Shown here one piece after another: positions 30,584 through 41,812 of a stretch of DNA of 64,000 nucleotides. Source of the stretch: an uncultured Lactobacillus sp. (GTDB taxonomy: Bacteria; Bacillota; Bacilli; Lactobacillales; Lactobacillaceae); assembly GCA_947565635.1 (NCBI GenBank), contig CANOGU010000006.1:3817-67816 (forward strand), in the 5' to 3' direction. A program made the position numbers and the translations under genes. The notes under the pieces were generated by a model, which saw only the letters and a program-made list of their open reading frames with translations, searched no databases and was not told the DNA's origin. The first letter of the stretch is position 1, and each line of letters opens with the position of its first letter.

Positions 30584-31813
30584 ATGTATTCAAACGCAAT
30601 TACACAAGTTTTAGAAAAAGAACATAAAAATAAACCAACCTTAATTCAAGAAAGAACATATGATGCTATTCGTAATGGTGCTAGCATCGTAGGATTGGCT
30701 AAGACTGGTACCGGTAAAACTTTAGCTTATGGTTTGCCAGTAATGGAGCGAATTGCCGAAATTGGTGGTAGAGGCATTATTTTAGAACCAACCACTGAAC
30801 TTGCGATCCAAACCAGAAATAATCTTTTACCTTATGCAAAATCATTAGGCTTAAAAACCATTGCATTAGTTGGAGCAGGAAATAGAAAAAGACAATTAGA
30901 ACGCTTAAAAAAGGAAAAGCCGGAAATAATAATTGCTACACCAGGAAGATTTTTTGACTTTTTATCAGAGAATCGAATCAAGTATCAAGACATTAATGCT
31001 TTGGTGATTGATGAAGCGGATGATATTTTAGAATTCACAAAATTAGATTTACTGAGTTCATTAGGACAAAATTTATCTTCAACTGCTCAAATTTTACTTT
31101 TTGGAGCATCAGAGTCAGAAATAACAAAAGATGCCGAAGATTTGTTTAATCATACTTTCTTACTGATTGATGTGCGACCAGAGCAAAAATCTGAAGTTAA
31201 ACATTACTTTTTACAAGTCTCAAATGAATATAAAATGCAGTTTTTGCAGCGGTTGGCAAAGTTAGATAAGTTTAAGGGTATTCTCTTTTTTGATAGTACA
31301 GAAAGTGAAATGAGATTTGCGCGAATTTTTAGTCATAGTAAGACAAAATTTGCTGTTTTAAGTAATGAAACTAGTAAGCAAAATAGAGAAAAGATTCTTA
31401 GTAATTTTAGGGCAGGTCGAATTAAGTTTTTATTTGCGACTGATTTAGCAGCTCGTGGGTTAGACTTACCTGATGTTAGCTATGTTATTAACTTTGAAAT
31501 TCCGAGTGAAGTAAATACCTACTTGCATCGGAGCGGTAGAACGGGCCGAATGAATAAATCAGGAACTGTTGTCACTCTTGGGGACGATCATGACTTTAGA
31601 GACTTGAAAAAGTTACTAGCTGATACTTACCAAGTTCAAAGAGCATATTTTGCAGGCTATAGTTTAACGACTGAAAAACCAAAACGAAAAAAAGAAGAGC
31701 CAGAAACCCAAGAGAAGAAAGTAAAGGAAAGTAAGCCTAAGCATAAAAAGAAGCGTTGGCGCAATAAGAAAAATAAAGGATATCATCCTCGAAAGGATAG
31801 AAGAGAAAAATAA
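30584..31813 (+). CDS. DEAD-box RNA helicase
   Basis: AKTGTGKT, PTTELA, TPGR, DEAD, ARGLD, HRSGRTGR; basic C-terminal tail. Confidence 0.9.
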   Translation: MYSNAITQVLEKEHKNKPTLIQERTYDAIRNGASIVGLAKTGTGKTLAYGLPVMERIAEIGGRGIILEPTTELAIQTRNNLLPYAKSLGLKTIALVGAGNRKRQLERLKKEKPEIIIATPGRFFDFLSENRIKYQDINALVIDEADDILEFTKLDLLSSLGQNLSSTAQILLFGASESEITKDAEDLFNHTFLLIDVRPEQKSEVKHYFLQVSNEYKMQFLQRLAKLDKFKGILFFDSTESEMRFARIFSHSKTKFAVLSNETSKQNREKILSNFRAGRIKFLFATDLAARGLDLPDVSYVINFEIPSEVNTYLHRSGRTGRMNKSGTVVTLGDDHDFRDLKKLLADTYQVQRAYFAGYSLTTEKPKRKKEEPETQEKKVKESKPKHKKKRWRNKKNKGYHPRKDRREK

Positions 31814-33144
31814 TGTCATCTTTAGTTAAATGGCTAGAAACTTATGTTTTGCCACCTGCATCGCGTTTAGCTCAACTACGCTGGCTAGTTGCAATGCGAG
31901 ATACTTTTATTTCTTTACTGCCAATTACAATGGCCGGTTCAATTGCAATGCTATTTAATAGCATAATTAGAGCAGCTAAAGTACAAATGCATTGGGATAC
32001 TTTTTATTCTTTAATGCAGCCTGTAATAGCGATTGACAATATCATTTGGGAAGGTACATTTGCCCTTTTTGCGGTTTATTTTGCAATTTCTTGGGGTTAT
32101 CACCTAGCTAAGACTTATGAAGTGAACCGATTTGCAGGTTCTGTCGCTTCTTTAGTTGCTTTTGCAATGAGCATTAGTGATTCTGTTAAATTGCACATTG
32201 ATGGGGATGTAGTTGATATTAAAAATGCTTTTGATATCAAACAATTTTCTACAATGGGGCTATTTACAGCTATTATCTTTGGCTGTATTGGAACAGCATT
32301 ATTTATTACCTTTTATAAGGCTAGAATTAGACTAAAAGTAGATAGTAGTATGCCGCATGCAGAATGGGTTGCATTTAGTACTTTGATCCCGATCCTGCTT
32401 TCTATTTTTATTGTAGGTTTTGTTAATTATGCTTTTCAAAGGCTTACAGGAACCTATTTTGGTAATTGGCTGCTTACTACTATTCAAAGACCCTTGGTTA
32501 ATTTAGGACAGGGCTTTGGAGTTGTTTTATTAGTTACATTTTTGGTTCAGATCTTCTGGTTCTTTGGAATTAACGGGATAAGTGTGCTAACTCCAGTAAT
32601 GGATTCTTTGTGGCTGACACCAGAAAATATTAATGTTACAGCTGTTAGAAACAGTGAGCATGTTCCTTATATTTGGGTTCGCGACTCTTTTAATGTTTTT
32701 GCATGGTTTGGTGGAGCAGGCGGAACTCTGGTATTAATTATTGCCATTTTAATGTTTTCTAAGCGTAAAGATTATCGAACAATAGCAAAGATGGCTGTAG
32801 CACCAGGAATTTTTAATATTAATGAACCTATTATTTTCGGTCTGCCAGTTGTTTTTAATCCTGTCTATTTAATTCCGTTTGTTGTAGCTCCTTTAGTAAA
32901 TGTATCATTAGCTTATTGGGCTACACAGGCTGGTTTAGTTAATCCAGTTCAAATTTTTGTTCCAACTGTAATGCCGCCACTTATTGGACCGTTCTTAGCT
33001 TGCAATTATGATTGGCGTGCTATTGTACTGGCTCTCATTAATATGGTAATTGCGCTTCTTATTTGGATGCCGTTTGTTTTTGCGGCAGATAAGATTGCTA
33101 AGCACGATAATAATCAACGGAATTTCTATTTACCTCAATATTAA
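31813..33144 (+). CDS. PTS cellobiose-family IIC component
   Basis: FWFFGING, GGAGGTL, FNINEPIIFGLP. Confidence 0.88.
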   Translation: MSSLVKWLETYVLPPASRLAQLRWLVAMRDTFISLLPITMAGSIAMLFNSIIRAAKVQMHWDTFYSLMQPVIAIDNIIWEGTFALFAVYFAISWGYHLAKTYEVNRFAGSVASLVAFAMSISDSVKLHIDGDVVDIKNAFDIKQFSTMGLFTAIIFGCIGTALFITFYKARIRLKVDSSMPHAEWVAFSTLIPILLSIFIVGFVNYAFQRLTGTYFGNWLLTTIQRPLVNLGQGFGVVLLVTFLVQIFWFFGINGISVLTPVMDSLWLTPENINVTAVRNSEHVPYIWVRDSFNVFAWFGGAGGTLVLIIAILMFSKRKDYRTIAKMAVAPGIFNINEPIIFGLPVVFNPVYLIPFVVAPLVNVSLAYWATQAGLVNPVQIFVPTVMPPLIGPFLACNYDWRAIVLALINMVIALLIWMPFVFAADKIAKHDNNQRNFYLPQY

Positions 33145-33194
33145 ATTTATGATAGTGAAAAGCTAGTTTTTATGTTAAAGTAGAAACTAGTCCT

Positions 33195-33267
33195 GACCCC
33201 GTAGTTCATCTGGATAGAACAATGGTCTCCTAAACCGTAGAGGTGAGTTCGAATCTCACCGGGGTCA
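33195..33267 (+). tRNA. tRNA-Arg (anticodon CCT)
   Basis: Acceptor GACCCCG/CGGGGTC, anticodon loop CTCCTAA, TTCGAAT T-loop; CCA not encoded. Confidence 0.93.
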
Positions 33268-33321
33268 TACATGAAAAAAGCATTTCTTCAATTAATGAGA
33301 AGAAATGCTTTTTTATTCATC

Positions 33322-33507
33322 TTAAACATATTTTAATGGGTTAATAAAAATCTCTAAAACAATCCAGAGAAAAATAATTAGTAATATTGCAATAATTCCA
33401 ATTAAAACATGCTTAGTTTTTTGTGGGTAAGAGTTCCCAAAGAGGAAAACTAAGCAAAAGACTATAATGGTAATTAAAATTGCAGCTAAAGATAAAAAAC
33501 TAAACAT
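33322..33507 (-). CDS. Small two-TM membrane protein
   Basis: MFSFLSLAAIL... after AAGGAA RBS; two hydrophobic helices. Confidence 0.6.
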   Translation of the reverse strand: MFSFLSLAAILITIIVFCLVFLFGNSYPQKTKHVLIGIIAILLIIFLWIVLEIFINPLKYV

Positions 33508-33620
33508 AAATTGCTCACTTTCCTTATAGTATATAAGTATAAAGTAGTTTGACAAATAGTACCAAAGAAAATTTAATTGGGGTATAGTAGAAGATACAAA
33601 ATATAAGGTAAGGATAAATT

Positions 33621-34763
33621 ATGAATAAAGTAAAAGTAATGACAGTTTTTGGTACTAGACCAGAAGCTATTAAAATGGCACCGTTAGTGTTGAAGCTAAA
33701 AAAAGATGATCGTTTTGAAGAGATAACAGTCGTAAGTGCTCAACATCGTGAAATGTTGGATCAGGTTTTAGATATTTTTAAAATTAAACCTGACTATGAT
33801 TTTAATATCATGCATAAAAATCAAACATTAGAAGATATTACTTCAAAAGTAATGCTTGATATGGCTAAAGTAATAAAAAAAGAGCAACCAGACATTGTTT
33901 TGGTTCATGGGGATACAACAACTAGCTTTGCGGCTGGCTTAGCAACTTTTTATGAACAAACAAAGTTAGGCCATGTGGAGGCTGGCCTTAGAACCTGGAA
34001 TAAGTATTCTCCGTTTCCAGAAGAGATGAATCGGCAAATGACTGATGATTTAACTGATTTATATTTTGCACCAACTAAATTAAGCAAACAAAACTTAATT
34101 AAAGAAAACCATCCCGCTGATAATATTTATGTGACTGGGAATACTGCCATTGATGCTTTGGAACAGACGGTTAAAGAAGATTATCATCACGATGTTCTGG
34201 ATGAAATTAACCCAGATAGTAAGATTATTTTAGTTACCATGCACCGCAGAGAGAATCAAGGAGAACCGATGCGACGCGTCTTTAAAGTTATAAAACAGGT
34301 AGTTGATAGTCATAAAGACGTTGAAATTATCTATCCGGTTCATCTGTCTCCACGTGTACAAAAGGTAGCTAAAGAGGTATTAAGTGACGATCCGCGAATT
34401 CACTTGATTAAACCCCTAGATGTAGTTGATTTTCATAATTTAGCTAAAAAAAGCTACTTTATTATGACTGATTCGGGTGGAGTTCAAGAAGAAGCTCCTT
34501 CTCTAGGTAAGCCAGTATTAGTTTTACGTGATACAACTGAGCGTCCTGAAGGGGTAGCAGCTGGAACTTTAAAGCTTGTGGGAACCGAAGTAGATAAGGT
34601 TCGTGCTGAAATGATACGTTTACTTGAAGATGAAAAAGCTTATACTGAAATGGCGAATGCAAAAAATCCATATGGGGATGGAAAAGCAGCTGATCGGATT
34701 ATGGATGCAATTGCTTATTATTTTGACAAGGAACATAATCAAAAACCAGTTGATTTTAACTAA
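33621..34763 (+). CDS. wecB: UDP-N-acetylglucosamine 2-epimerase (non-hydrolysing)
   Basis: FGTRPEAIKMAP, HGDT, HVEAGLR, DSGGVQEEAPS, NPYGDG. Confidence 0.94.
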   Translation: MNKVKVMTVFGTRPEAIKMAPLVLKLKKDDRFEEITVVSAQHREMLDQVLDIFKIKPDYDFNIMHKNQTLEDITSKVMLDMAKVIKKEQPDIVLVHGDTTTSFAAGLATFYEQTKLGHVEAGLRTWNKYSPFPEEMNRQMTDDLTDLYFAPTKLSKQNLIKENHPADNIYVTGNTAIDALEQTVKEDYHHDVLDEINPDSKIILVTMHRRENQGEPMRRVFKVIKQVVDSHKDVEIIYPVHLSPRVQKVAKEVLSDDPRIHLIKPLDVVDFHNLAKKSYFIMTDSGGVQEEAPSLGKPVLVLRDTTERPEGVAAGTLKLVGTEVDKVRAEMIRLLEDEKAYTEMANAKNPYGDGKAADRIMDAIAYYFDKEHNQKPVDFN

Positions 34764-34794
34764 AAAAGCTCCATTTTTATGGAGCTTTTTTAGT

Positions 34795-35304
34795 TCACTT
34801 TTTATTAAAGTAGTCTTTAAATTTTTTAGCGAATTTACCACTAGTATTAAGAAAAATTGATTTGGTAGTTAAATAGTTGAAAATACCTACTAAAATTTGA
34901 TCGATTATTTTTACAAAAAATGCATTCCAATGAAGCCAAGAAATACCAACTAGCATAATTAAGTTATCCGGGACTAAACTAATGACTCGGTAAATAAAGA
35001 ATAAACAGATTTGGTAAACTACTCCATGCTTTTTATCGACATTTTGAATGAATACACCATGTTTATTAAAAGAAAAAGAGGCTAAATTAGAAATAATAAA
35101 TGCGATTGTGTTGGCATAAATCACAGGCATCTTCCAAATATTATGCAATAAAAGAAAGCAGGCAATATTAATAACGGCTGCTAGAAAACCGAAGATAACA
35201 TAAACATAAAAATTTCGGTGTCTGGCAACGAGTTTACTCCCGAGTTTTCTTAACTGCTCTTGAGTAATCTTTTGTCCCTTTCTTTTATGATGACTTTTAG
35301 CCAT
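34795..35304 (-). CDS. GtrA family protein
   Basis: YVIFGFLAAVIN, ANTIAF, FNKHGVF, FNY; four TM segments. Confidence 0.8.
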   Translation of the reverse strand: MAKSHHKRKGQKITQEQLRKLGSKLVARHRNFYVYVIFGFLAAVINIACFLLLHNIWKMPVIYANTIAFIISNLASFSFNKHGVFIQNVDKKHGVVYQICLFFIYRVISLVPDNLIMLVGISWLHWNAFFVKIIDQILVGIFNYLTTKSIFLNTSGKFAKKFKDYFNKK

Positions 35305-35743
35305 TAAATGCCTCAACTATTTCTTCAGTAGCTTGATCAATTAAGGCGATGTCATCATCATCAACAGCATTTTCTATCTTAACTGGCTTTGCTGCTTCAA
35401 TAGCGCCACATTTAATAAATGCTTTTTCAAAATCATCTACATTTTCACAATAGTGATCTTTATAGGTCTTGTCTCCTGAACCCATTACAGCAAATTTTTT
35501 ACCGGATAGGTCAAGTGTGATTAGTTGGTCATAAAAGTCTTTTAATTCATCAGTCATCACGCCTTCGCCATATGTATAAGTAACCATCACGCAAAGGTCA
35601 GCATCAAGATAAGAGCTAGCATCTGCAAAACTGACGTCAATATTTTCTACGTCAAAACCTGCATCTTGTAAGTTTTCTTCTAAAATTTCTGCCATATCTT
35701 CATCATTACCAGTCATGCTGGCAAAGACAATTTGTGCTTTCAT
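35297..35743 (-). CDS. Flavodoxin
   Basis: FASMTGN, TYTYGEG, GSGD..Y. Confidence 0.9.
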   Translation of the reverse strand: MKAQIVFASMTGNDEDMAEILEENLQDAGFDVENIDVSFADASSYLDADLCVMVTYTYGEGVMTDELKDFYDQLITLDLSGKKFAVMGSGDKTYKDHYCENVDDFEKAFIKCGAIEAAKPVKIENAVDDDDIALIDQATEEIVEAFNG

Positions 35744-35928
35744 GCAAAAAACTTCTTTCTATAACGTTTTCTCTTATTATACTAAAGAAGTATAGAAGTT
35801 TGTAAATCTTAAGAGAAATTATTTAAGAAAAGCTTTATAATGAATGGTTGAGACTTTCTTAATAACTACAAAATCATACCTATTTAAGGTATGCTAAGAG
35901 TATATAAATTAAAAAAGGAGACTTTTTA

Positions 35929-36753
35929 ATGATAACAATTAAATCAAAGCGCGAGTTGCAAGGGATGCAAAAATCTGGTCGCGTTTTAGCAGCTATGTTT
36001 GAAGGTTTACGTGATGTTATTAAACCTGGAATTTCAACTTGGGAAATTGAAGAATTTGCTCAAGATTTTATGAAAAAACATGGTGGTCGTCTTTCAGAAC
36101 AAGGTTTTGAAGGATATAAGTATGGAACTTGTATCAGTGTAAACGATGAAATTGCTCATGCGATTCCTAGAAAAGATAAGATCCTAAAAGAGGGTGACTT
36201 AGTCAGCGTTGACGTTACTTGCAACGTTGATGGCTACGAAACTGATTCATGTACTACTTATGGTGTTGGTGAAATTTCTGCTGAAGACCAAAAATTAATG
36301 GACGTTACTAAGAAAGCAATGTACATGGGAATTGATCAAGCGGTTGTTGGAAATCGTATTGGTGATATTGGTAGCGTTATTCAAAATTATGTTGAAGATG
36401 AAAATGGCTATGGTGATGTACGTGAACTTGTAGGCCATGGTATTCAACCATCAATCCACGAAGATCCAGAAGTTCCTCACTGGGGTAAGGCAGGACATGG
36501 TCTGCGTTTACGCGAAGGAATGACTATTACAGTTGAACCAATGGTTGAAGCTGGTGGTGACTGGAGAATTGAACAAAAAACTGTATCAGATCCTAATGAT
36601 GATTGGGTTTACTATGCAACTCCAGATGGTTCGAAGGCAGCTCAATTTGAACATACTTTTGCAATTACTCCAGATGGACCAAAGATCTTAACTTTGCAAA
36701 AGCCATATGATGGCTATGAAAAATATCTTCCTCACTTTTTAGATGAAGATTAA
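35929..36753 (+). CDS. map: Methionine aminopeptidase type I
   Basis: CISVNDEIAHAIP, GHGI, HEDP, TVEPM, AQFEHT. Confidence 0.94.
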   Translation: MITIKSKRELQGMQKSGRVLAAMFEGLRDVIKPGISTWEIEEFAQDFMKKHGGRLSEQGFEGYKYGTCISVNDEIAHAIPRKDKILKEGDLVSVDVTCNVDGYETDSCTTYGVGEISAEDQKLMDVTKKAMYMGIDQAVVGNRIGDIGSVIQNYVEDENGYGDVRELVGHGIQPSIHEDPEVPHWGKAGHGLRLREGMTITVEPMVEAGGDWRIEQKTVSDPNDDWVYYATPDGSKAAQFEHTFAITPDGPKILTLQKPYDGYEKYLPHFLDED

Positions 36754-36767
36754 TAGATAGTAAGACC

Positions 36768-37676
36768 ATGAATTCTTTTCTCAATCAGACTAAAAACCGT
36801 ATAACAGAGTTTTTTCAATTATTATCTAAATATATTAGCCAAGGCGAGATAAATCAGACTTCAATTATTATTGCTTATTATGTGCTATTAAGTATTTTTC
36901 CAATCATAATTATTATTGGAAATGTTTTACCTTTGCTTAATATCGACACTGAGCCAATTGCTCGTTATCTTGAATTGATTTTTCCATCTCAAGTTTCAAG
37001 TCTAATTATGCCAATTATCAATGCTTTATTGAAAAAACACTCCAGTAGTTTTATTTCTCTTGGTATTGTGATTGCTATTTGGTCTTTAAGTTGTTTGGTT
37101 AATTCAATTCGCTTAGCAGCAAATAAAATTTATGGCGTTGATAAAAAAGAAAAAGGTAAGTCATGGTGGAACTATTTACTTGCTAGAACGTTTACTTTTG
37201 TTCTTTCTGTGATTTTAGTAGTTGGCTTTTCAATAATAATTTTTGTTGTTACCTTTGGTAGACAGATTATGGAATTCTTGGCTCCAATTTTTAATCTATC
37301 CTTGTGGTGGGTATATAAGTTAGAAAATTATCGTTGTCCGATTATAATTTTGGTTATGGTTATTATAAATTTATATATTAACTATGTCATTCCCAACATC
37401 ACTGTACAAAAGCGCATCGTATGGCCTGGAGTATGGTTTACTGTAGTGAGCTGGAGCGCCTTATCCTATTTCTTTGGTTTATATTTGAGGCAATTTGGAA
37501 CGCGCTGGCAAAACTATGGAATTGTAGGTTCTTTTATAATCTTTATGTTATGGCTAAATGTAGGTTCATTTTTACTTTTGCTTGGCATTTGTCTTAATGC
37601 CACAGGGGATGAATTAAAAGGTAGAAAAATTGAATACAGTCGTAGCCCGATTTTGAGAATTTTTAGAAAAAAATAG
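36768..37676 (+). CDS. YihY/BrkB family membrane protein
   Basis: IAYYVLLSIFP, WPG, YGIVGSFIIFMLWL. Confidence 0.85.
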   Translation: MNSFLNQTKNRITEFFQLLSKYISQGEINQTSIIIAYYVLLSIFPIIIIIGNVLPLLNIDTEPIARYLELIFPSQVSSLIMPIINALLKKHSSSFISLGIVIAIWSLSCLVNSIRLAANKIYGVDKKEKGKSWWNYLLARTFTFVLSVILVVGFSIIIFVVTFGRQIMEFLAPIFNLSLWWVYKLENYRCPIIILVMVIINLYINYVIPNITVQKRIVWPGVWFTVVSWSALSYFFGLYLRQFGTRWQNYGIVGSFIIFMLWLNVGSFLLLLGICLNATGDELKGRKIEYSRSPILRIFRKK

Positions 37677-37749
37677 TAAATTGTCTAAATAAGTTTCTAG
37701 AAGTTTGGTAAAATACACTAAGGAAAGCTTATTTTGTGAGGAGAATAAA

Positions 37750-38655
37750 ATGAAAGTAAGAAAAGCAGTTATTCCAGCAGCTGGATTAGGTACTAGATTT
37801 TTACCTGCCACTAAGGCTATGCCTAAGGAAATGGTACCGATTGTTGATAAACCAACAATTCAATTTATTGTAGAAGAAGCTAAAAAATCTGGAATTGAAG
37901 ATATCTTGATCGTTACTGGTAAAAACAAGCGTTCTATCGAAGATCACTTTGATGCTAACCCAGAACTAGAACAAGATTTGGAAGAAAAGGGTAAGACTGA
38001 ACTTTTACACTTAACCCAATCAATTACTAACTTAGGTGTTAACCTTTACTACACTCGTCAACCACACCCAGCTGGTTTAGGGGATGCGATTTTAAGAGCT
38101 CGTAGCTTCGTTGGGGATGAACCATTTGCTGTTATGCTTGGTGACGACTTGATGGATGACAAGGTTCCACTAACTAAGCAATTGATCGATCGTTATGACA
38201 AGACTCATGCATCAACTATTGCTGTTATGCCTGTACCACACGAAGAAGTTTCTAAGTATGGTGTTATTGATCCAGATAGCGAAATTGAACCTGGTTTAAT
38301 TAACGTTAAGGCCTTTGTTGAAAAGCCAGACGTTGATAAGGCACCTAGTGACTACGCAATTATTGGTCGTTACTTGTTAACTCCAGAAATTTTTGATATT
38401 TTAGCACATCAAAAACCTGGTCGTGGTGGCGAAATTCAATTAACTGACGCAATTGATACTATGAACAAGACTCAACGAGTATTCGCTCATGTATTTAATG
38501 GTGAACGTCATGATGTTGGTAACAAGGAAGGTTACCTTGAAACATCAATTGAATATGGTTTATCTCACCCTCAAATTAAAGATGATTTACGTGAGTACAT
38601 TATTAACATGGCTCAAAAATTACAAAAAGAAGATAAAAACTCAAAGAAGAAATAA
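37750..38655 (+). CDS. galU: UTP-glucose-1-phosphate uridylyltransferase
   Basis: [33 protein letters not shown]. Confidence 0.95.
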   Translation: MKVRKAVIPAAGLGTRFLPATKAMPKEMVPIVDKPTIQFIVEEAKKSGIEDILIVTGKNKRSIEDHFDANPELEQDLEEKGKTELLHLTQSITNLGVNLYYTRQPHPAGLGDAILRARSFVGDEPFAVMLGDDLMDDKVPLTKQLIDRYDKTHASTIAVMPVPHEEVSKYGVIDPDSEIEPGLINVKAFVEKPDVDKAPSDYAIIGRYLLTPEIFDILAHQKPGRGGEIQLTDAIDTMNKTQRVFAHVFNGERHDVGNKEGYLETSIEYGLSHPQIKDDLREYIINMAQKLQKEDKNSKKK

Positions 38656-38785
38656 TAAGACTTCTTTGGAACTATAAGACTGACTATTTCGTCAGTCTTA
38701 TTTTTTTGTTTAAAAAGATGTAATCTTTTTGCCAAGTTCTTATAAATAGTGAGAAAATATAAATAACTATTTTTATAAGGGTAAA

Positions 38786-39748
38786 ATGATGATTGAATAT
38801 AAAAATATTTCAAAAAAATACGATGGACAAGAAATCTTAAAAGATGTTTCTTTCGCAGTGAAAAAAGGAGATATTTTTGTTTTAGTTGGACCAAGTGGGA
38901 GCGGAAAGACAACGTTGCTAAAGATGTTTAACCGGCTTATTGAACCAACAAAGGGACAAATTCTTCTAAGTGATAAACCAATAAAAGAATATAATTTGCG
39001 TAAACTAAGGGAAAAGACAGGGTATGTATTGCAAACAGCCAGTTTGTTTCCAAATTTAACTGTTGGTGAAAATATTACAATTGTGTTAGAGCAAGAAGGT
39101 GTCGATCGCAAAGAACGGCGAAAAAAACAGGAAGAGCTATTAAAATCGGTTGATTTGGATCCAAAATTGTATTGTGATCGGATGCCGAGTGAACTATCAG
39201 GTGGTGAACAACAACGAGTTGGCATTGTTCGGGCTTTAGCAGCGGATCCTGAAGTTGTTTTAATGGATGAACCTTTTTCTGCTCTTGATCCAGTTGTAAG
39301 AAAGCAACTACAAGACTTACTTATTAATTTACATGAACAATTTAATAAGACAGTAATGTTTGTAACACATGACATGCAAGAAGCTATTCGTTTAGGAAAC
39401 ACAATTGGAGTTTTGCATAAAGGTGTTTTAGAGCAAGTTGGCAAACCTAGAGAAATTTTAAGACATCCTGCTACAAAATTTGTACAGGAATTTTTTGCAG
39501 GAAATAGAATTAATCAAAAGCTCGACCTTGAAACTTTATTGAAGAGTGAATTGGGCGTAGATCCACGATTCTATCCTAAAGTGAATACCCTTGTTCGTTA
39601 TCACGTTGATAGCGTAGAGGATTTAATTAAAGATTGTTCTAACCATCCTGATACTCTGTTTGTTGCAGAGACCAGGTTTGGTGAATTTTTAATTGAGCCA
39701 AAAAGAGTTTGGAATTTCTTTTTAAAGTGGGTGGCTGGACATGATTAA
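38786..39748 (+). CDS. Osmoprotectant ABC transporter ATP-binding protein (Opu-type)
   Basis: GPSGSGKTT, NRLIEPT, LSGGEQQRVG, MDEPFSALDP. Confidence 0.85.
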   Translation: MMIEYKNISKKYDGQEILKDVSFAVKKGDIFVLVGPSGSGKTTLLKMFNRLIEPTKGQILLSDKPIKEYNLRKLREKTGYVLQTASLFPNLTVGENITIVLEQEGVDRKERRKKQEELLKSVDLDPKLYCDRMPSELSGGEQQRVGIVRALAADPEVVLMDEPFSALDPVVRKQLQDLLINLHEQFNKTVMFVTHDMQEAIRLGNTIGVLHKGVLEQVGKPREILRHPATKFVQEFFAGNRINQKLDLETLLKSELGVDPRFYPKVNTLVRYHVDSVEDLIKDCSNHPDTLFVAETRFGEFLIEPKRVWNFFLKWVAGHD

Positions 39749-41288
39749 ATCACTATGGCAGATGTTACTAACTGAACATGAACAAATTTGGGCTACCACG
39801 CTTGTTCATATTAAGATTTCTCTGATTGCCTTGCTGATTGCAATGGTAATTGCAATTCCGCTGGCTTTTATTTTAAAAGGTCACAAAAAGGCTGCTGAAT
39901 TTACACTTCAAATAGCGGGAATTATTCAAACAATTCCTAGTTTGGCGGTTCTAGGTTTACTGCTCCCATTTGTTGGAATCGGAACTGTGCCAGCAGTCAT
40001 TGCATTAGTTTTATATGCAATTATGCCAATATTTCAAAATACTTATTCGGGATTAACGGAAATACCCGAAAATCTAGAAGAAGCAGCTACTGCCTTTGGA
40101 CTCACTAAATGGAAAAAGTTGCAGCGACTAGAAATTCCCATGGCTATGCCAATGATAGTAGCAGGAATTCGGATCGCTCTAGTTATGATTATTGGTACTG
40201 CCACTTTAGCTGCTTTAATTGGTGGCGGAGGCTTAGGGACTTATATATACGTTGGAATTAATTCAAACAATAATACTGAAGTCTTAATGGGAGCAATTTT
40301 ATCTGCATTGCTTGCTCTAATATTTAGTGGCGTTTTGAAATTCATTTCAAAAAATAATAAACGTCTAAAAGTAGGAAGTGCACTAATTGCCTTAGCTTTA
40401 GTAATTTGGGGTGGAAGTAGCCTGTATAATCATTATGCTAAGACTTCTAAAAATGTTGCTGAACCAAAACAAACGATTACCATTGCTGGAAAAATGGGAT
40501 CAGAACCAGCTATTTTGATTAATATGTATAAGGACCTAATCGAAAAGAATGACCCCAATACTAAGGTGGTTTTAAAACCTAACTTTGGTGGAACCACATT
40601 TTTATTCAAAGCTCTTCAAACCGATAAGATTGATATTTATCCTGAATTTACAGGTACAGTTTTACAAACTTTAGTCAAAACTGGTAAAAAGACCGGGAAT
40701 GATCCAAATCAAGTTTATGTAGAAGCTAGAAGCGACTTAAAGAAACAATTTGATATGGAATATCTGAAGCCAATGGCTTACCAGAATGGTTATGCTTTAG
40801 CTACAACACAAAAATTTGCTAAAGACAATCACTTGACCAAGATGAGTGACTTAAACCGTGTAAATAAAAAAGTACATGCAGCCTTTGATCCAGACTTTAC
40901 CTCATTAAAAGATGGCTATCCGGGCTTAAAGAAAATCTATAAGTTAGATTTTGCCTCAATTAAGAGTACTGAATCGAGCATTCGCTATCATGCTATTGCT
41001 AATAATCAAGCTAATGTTGTTGATGGCTATACAACAGATGCAGAAATTAAGAAGTATAATTTAGTGATGCTAGATGATGATAAGAAATTCTTCCCACCAT
41101 ATCAGGGAGCTCCCCTAATGAGGGCAAAATTTGCAGAGAGAAATCCTCAGATTGTAAAGGCTTTAAATAAATTGGCTGGTAAAATTACTACTGAAGAGAT
41201 GCAGCAGATGAATTATCAAGTTAATGTTAAGCATGAGAAACCTGCTAAAGTAGCTCATGATTATTTGGTAAAACATGGATTAATTTAG
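39741..41288 (+). CDS. Glycine betaine/choline ABC permease fused to substrate-binding domain
   Basis: QTIPSLA, GGGGLG, YPEFTGT, DDKKFFPPY. Confidence 0.87.
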   Translation: MIKSLWQMLLTEHEQIWATTLVHIKISLIALLIAMVIAIPLAFILKGHKKAAEFTLQIAGIIQTIPSLAVLGLLLPFVGIGTVPAVIALVLYAIMPIFQNTYSGLTEIPENLEEAATAFGLTKWKKLQRLEIPMAMPMIVAGIRIALVMIIGTATLAALIGGGGLGTYIYVGINSNNNTEVLMGAILSALLALIFSGVLKFISKNNKRLKVGSALIALALVIWGGSSLYNHYAKTSKNVAEPKQTITIAGKMGSEPAILINMYKDLIEKNDPNTKVVLKPNFGGTTFLFKALQTDKIDIYPEFTGTVLQTLVKTGKKTGNDPNQVYVEARSDLKKQFDMEYLKPMAYQNGYALATTQKFAKDNHLTKMSDLNRVNKKVHAAFDPDFTSLKDGYPGLKKIYKLDFASIKSTESSIRYHAIANNQANVVDGYTTDAEIKKYNLVMLDDDKKFFPPYQGAPLMRAKFAERNPQIVKALNKLAGKITTEEMQQMNYQVNVKHEKPAKVAHDYLVKHGLI

Positions 41289-41300
41289 AAAAGAGAAAAA

Positions 41301-41711
41301 ATGACAAAATATACAGTAAAAAGTGAATTAACTGATACTCCTTGGCAAATTGAAAATCGAACAAAGAAAAATAAATTCATGGCTGATGAATCAGCAAGTG
41401 GTAAAAATGTTGCCCCGAATCCAGTAGAATATTTAGCTGGTGCTGTTAACTCTTGTATTTCAATTTCTGCAGGGATGATTGCAAATGTACATCATTTAGA
41501 TGTAAAGAACTTTAAAGTAACAAATCAAGCAATTACTACTAAACTCGGCCATGGAAAGTCAGTTGTTAGTGAAATGTTGATTACGGTTTCTTTTGAAAGC
41601 TCTATGTCTCAAGAAGAAAAACAAGACTTTTTAGCTCATACTCTACACGTTTCAACTGTTTATCAAACAGTATCACAGAGTGTGAAAACATACGTAGAAT
41701 TAGAAAATTAA
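41301..41711 (+). CDS. OsmC/Ohr family protein
   Basis: ADE....G....PNPVEYL..A..SC motif. Confidence 0.75.
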   Translation: MTKYTVKSELTDTPWQIENRTKKNKFMADESASGKNVAPNPVEYLAGAVNSCISISAGMIANVHHLDVKNFKVTNQAITTKLGHGKSVVSEMLITVSFESSMSQEEKQDFLAHTLHVSTVYQTVSQSVKTYVELEN

Positions 41712-41812
41712 GTTATCAATTTGCTCTTAGTCGCATAACGACTAAGAGCTTTTTTGATTTTTTTATGAATATAAGGCAAGATAGAAACTAATTAAGTTTG
41801 AGAGAGATTCAA

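Noticed and set aside
38773-39444. 223-aa minus-strand ORF
   Set aside because: Antisense shadow of the ABC ATPase gene; no motifs of its own.
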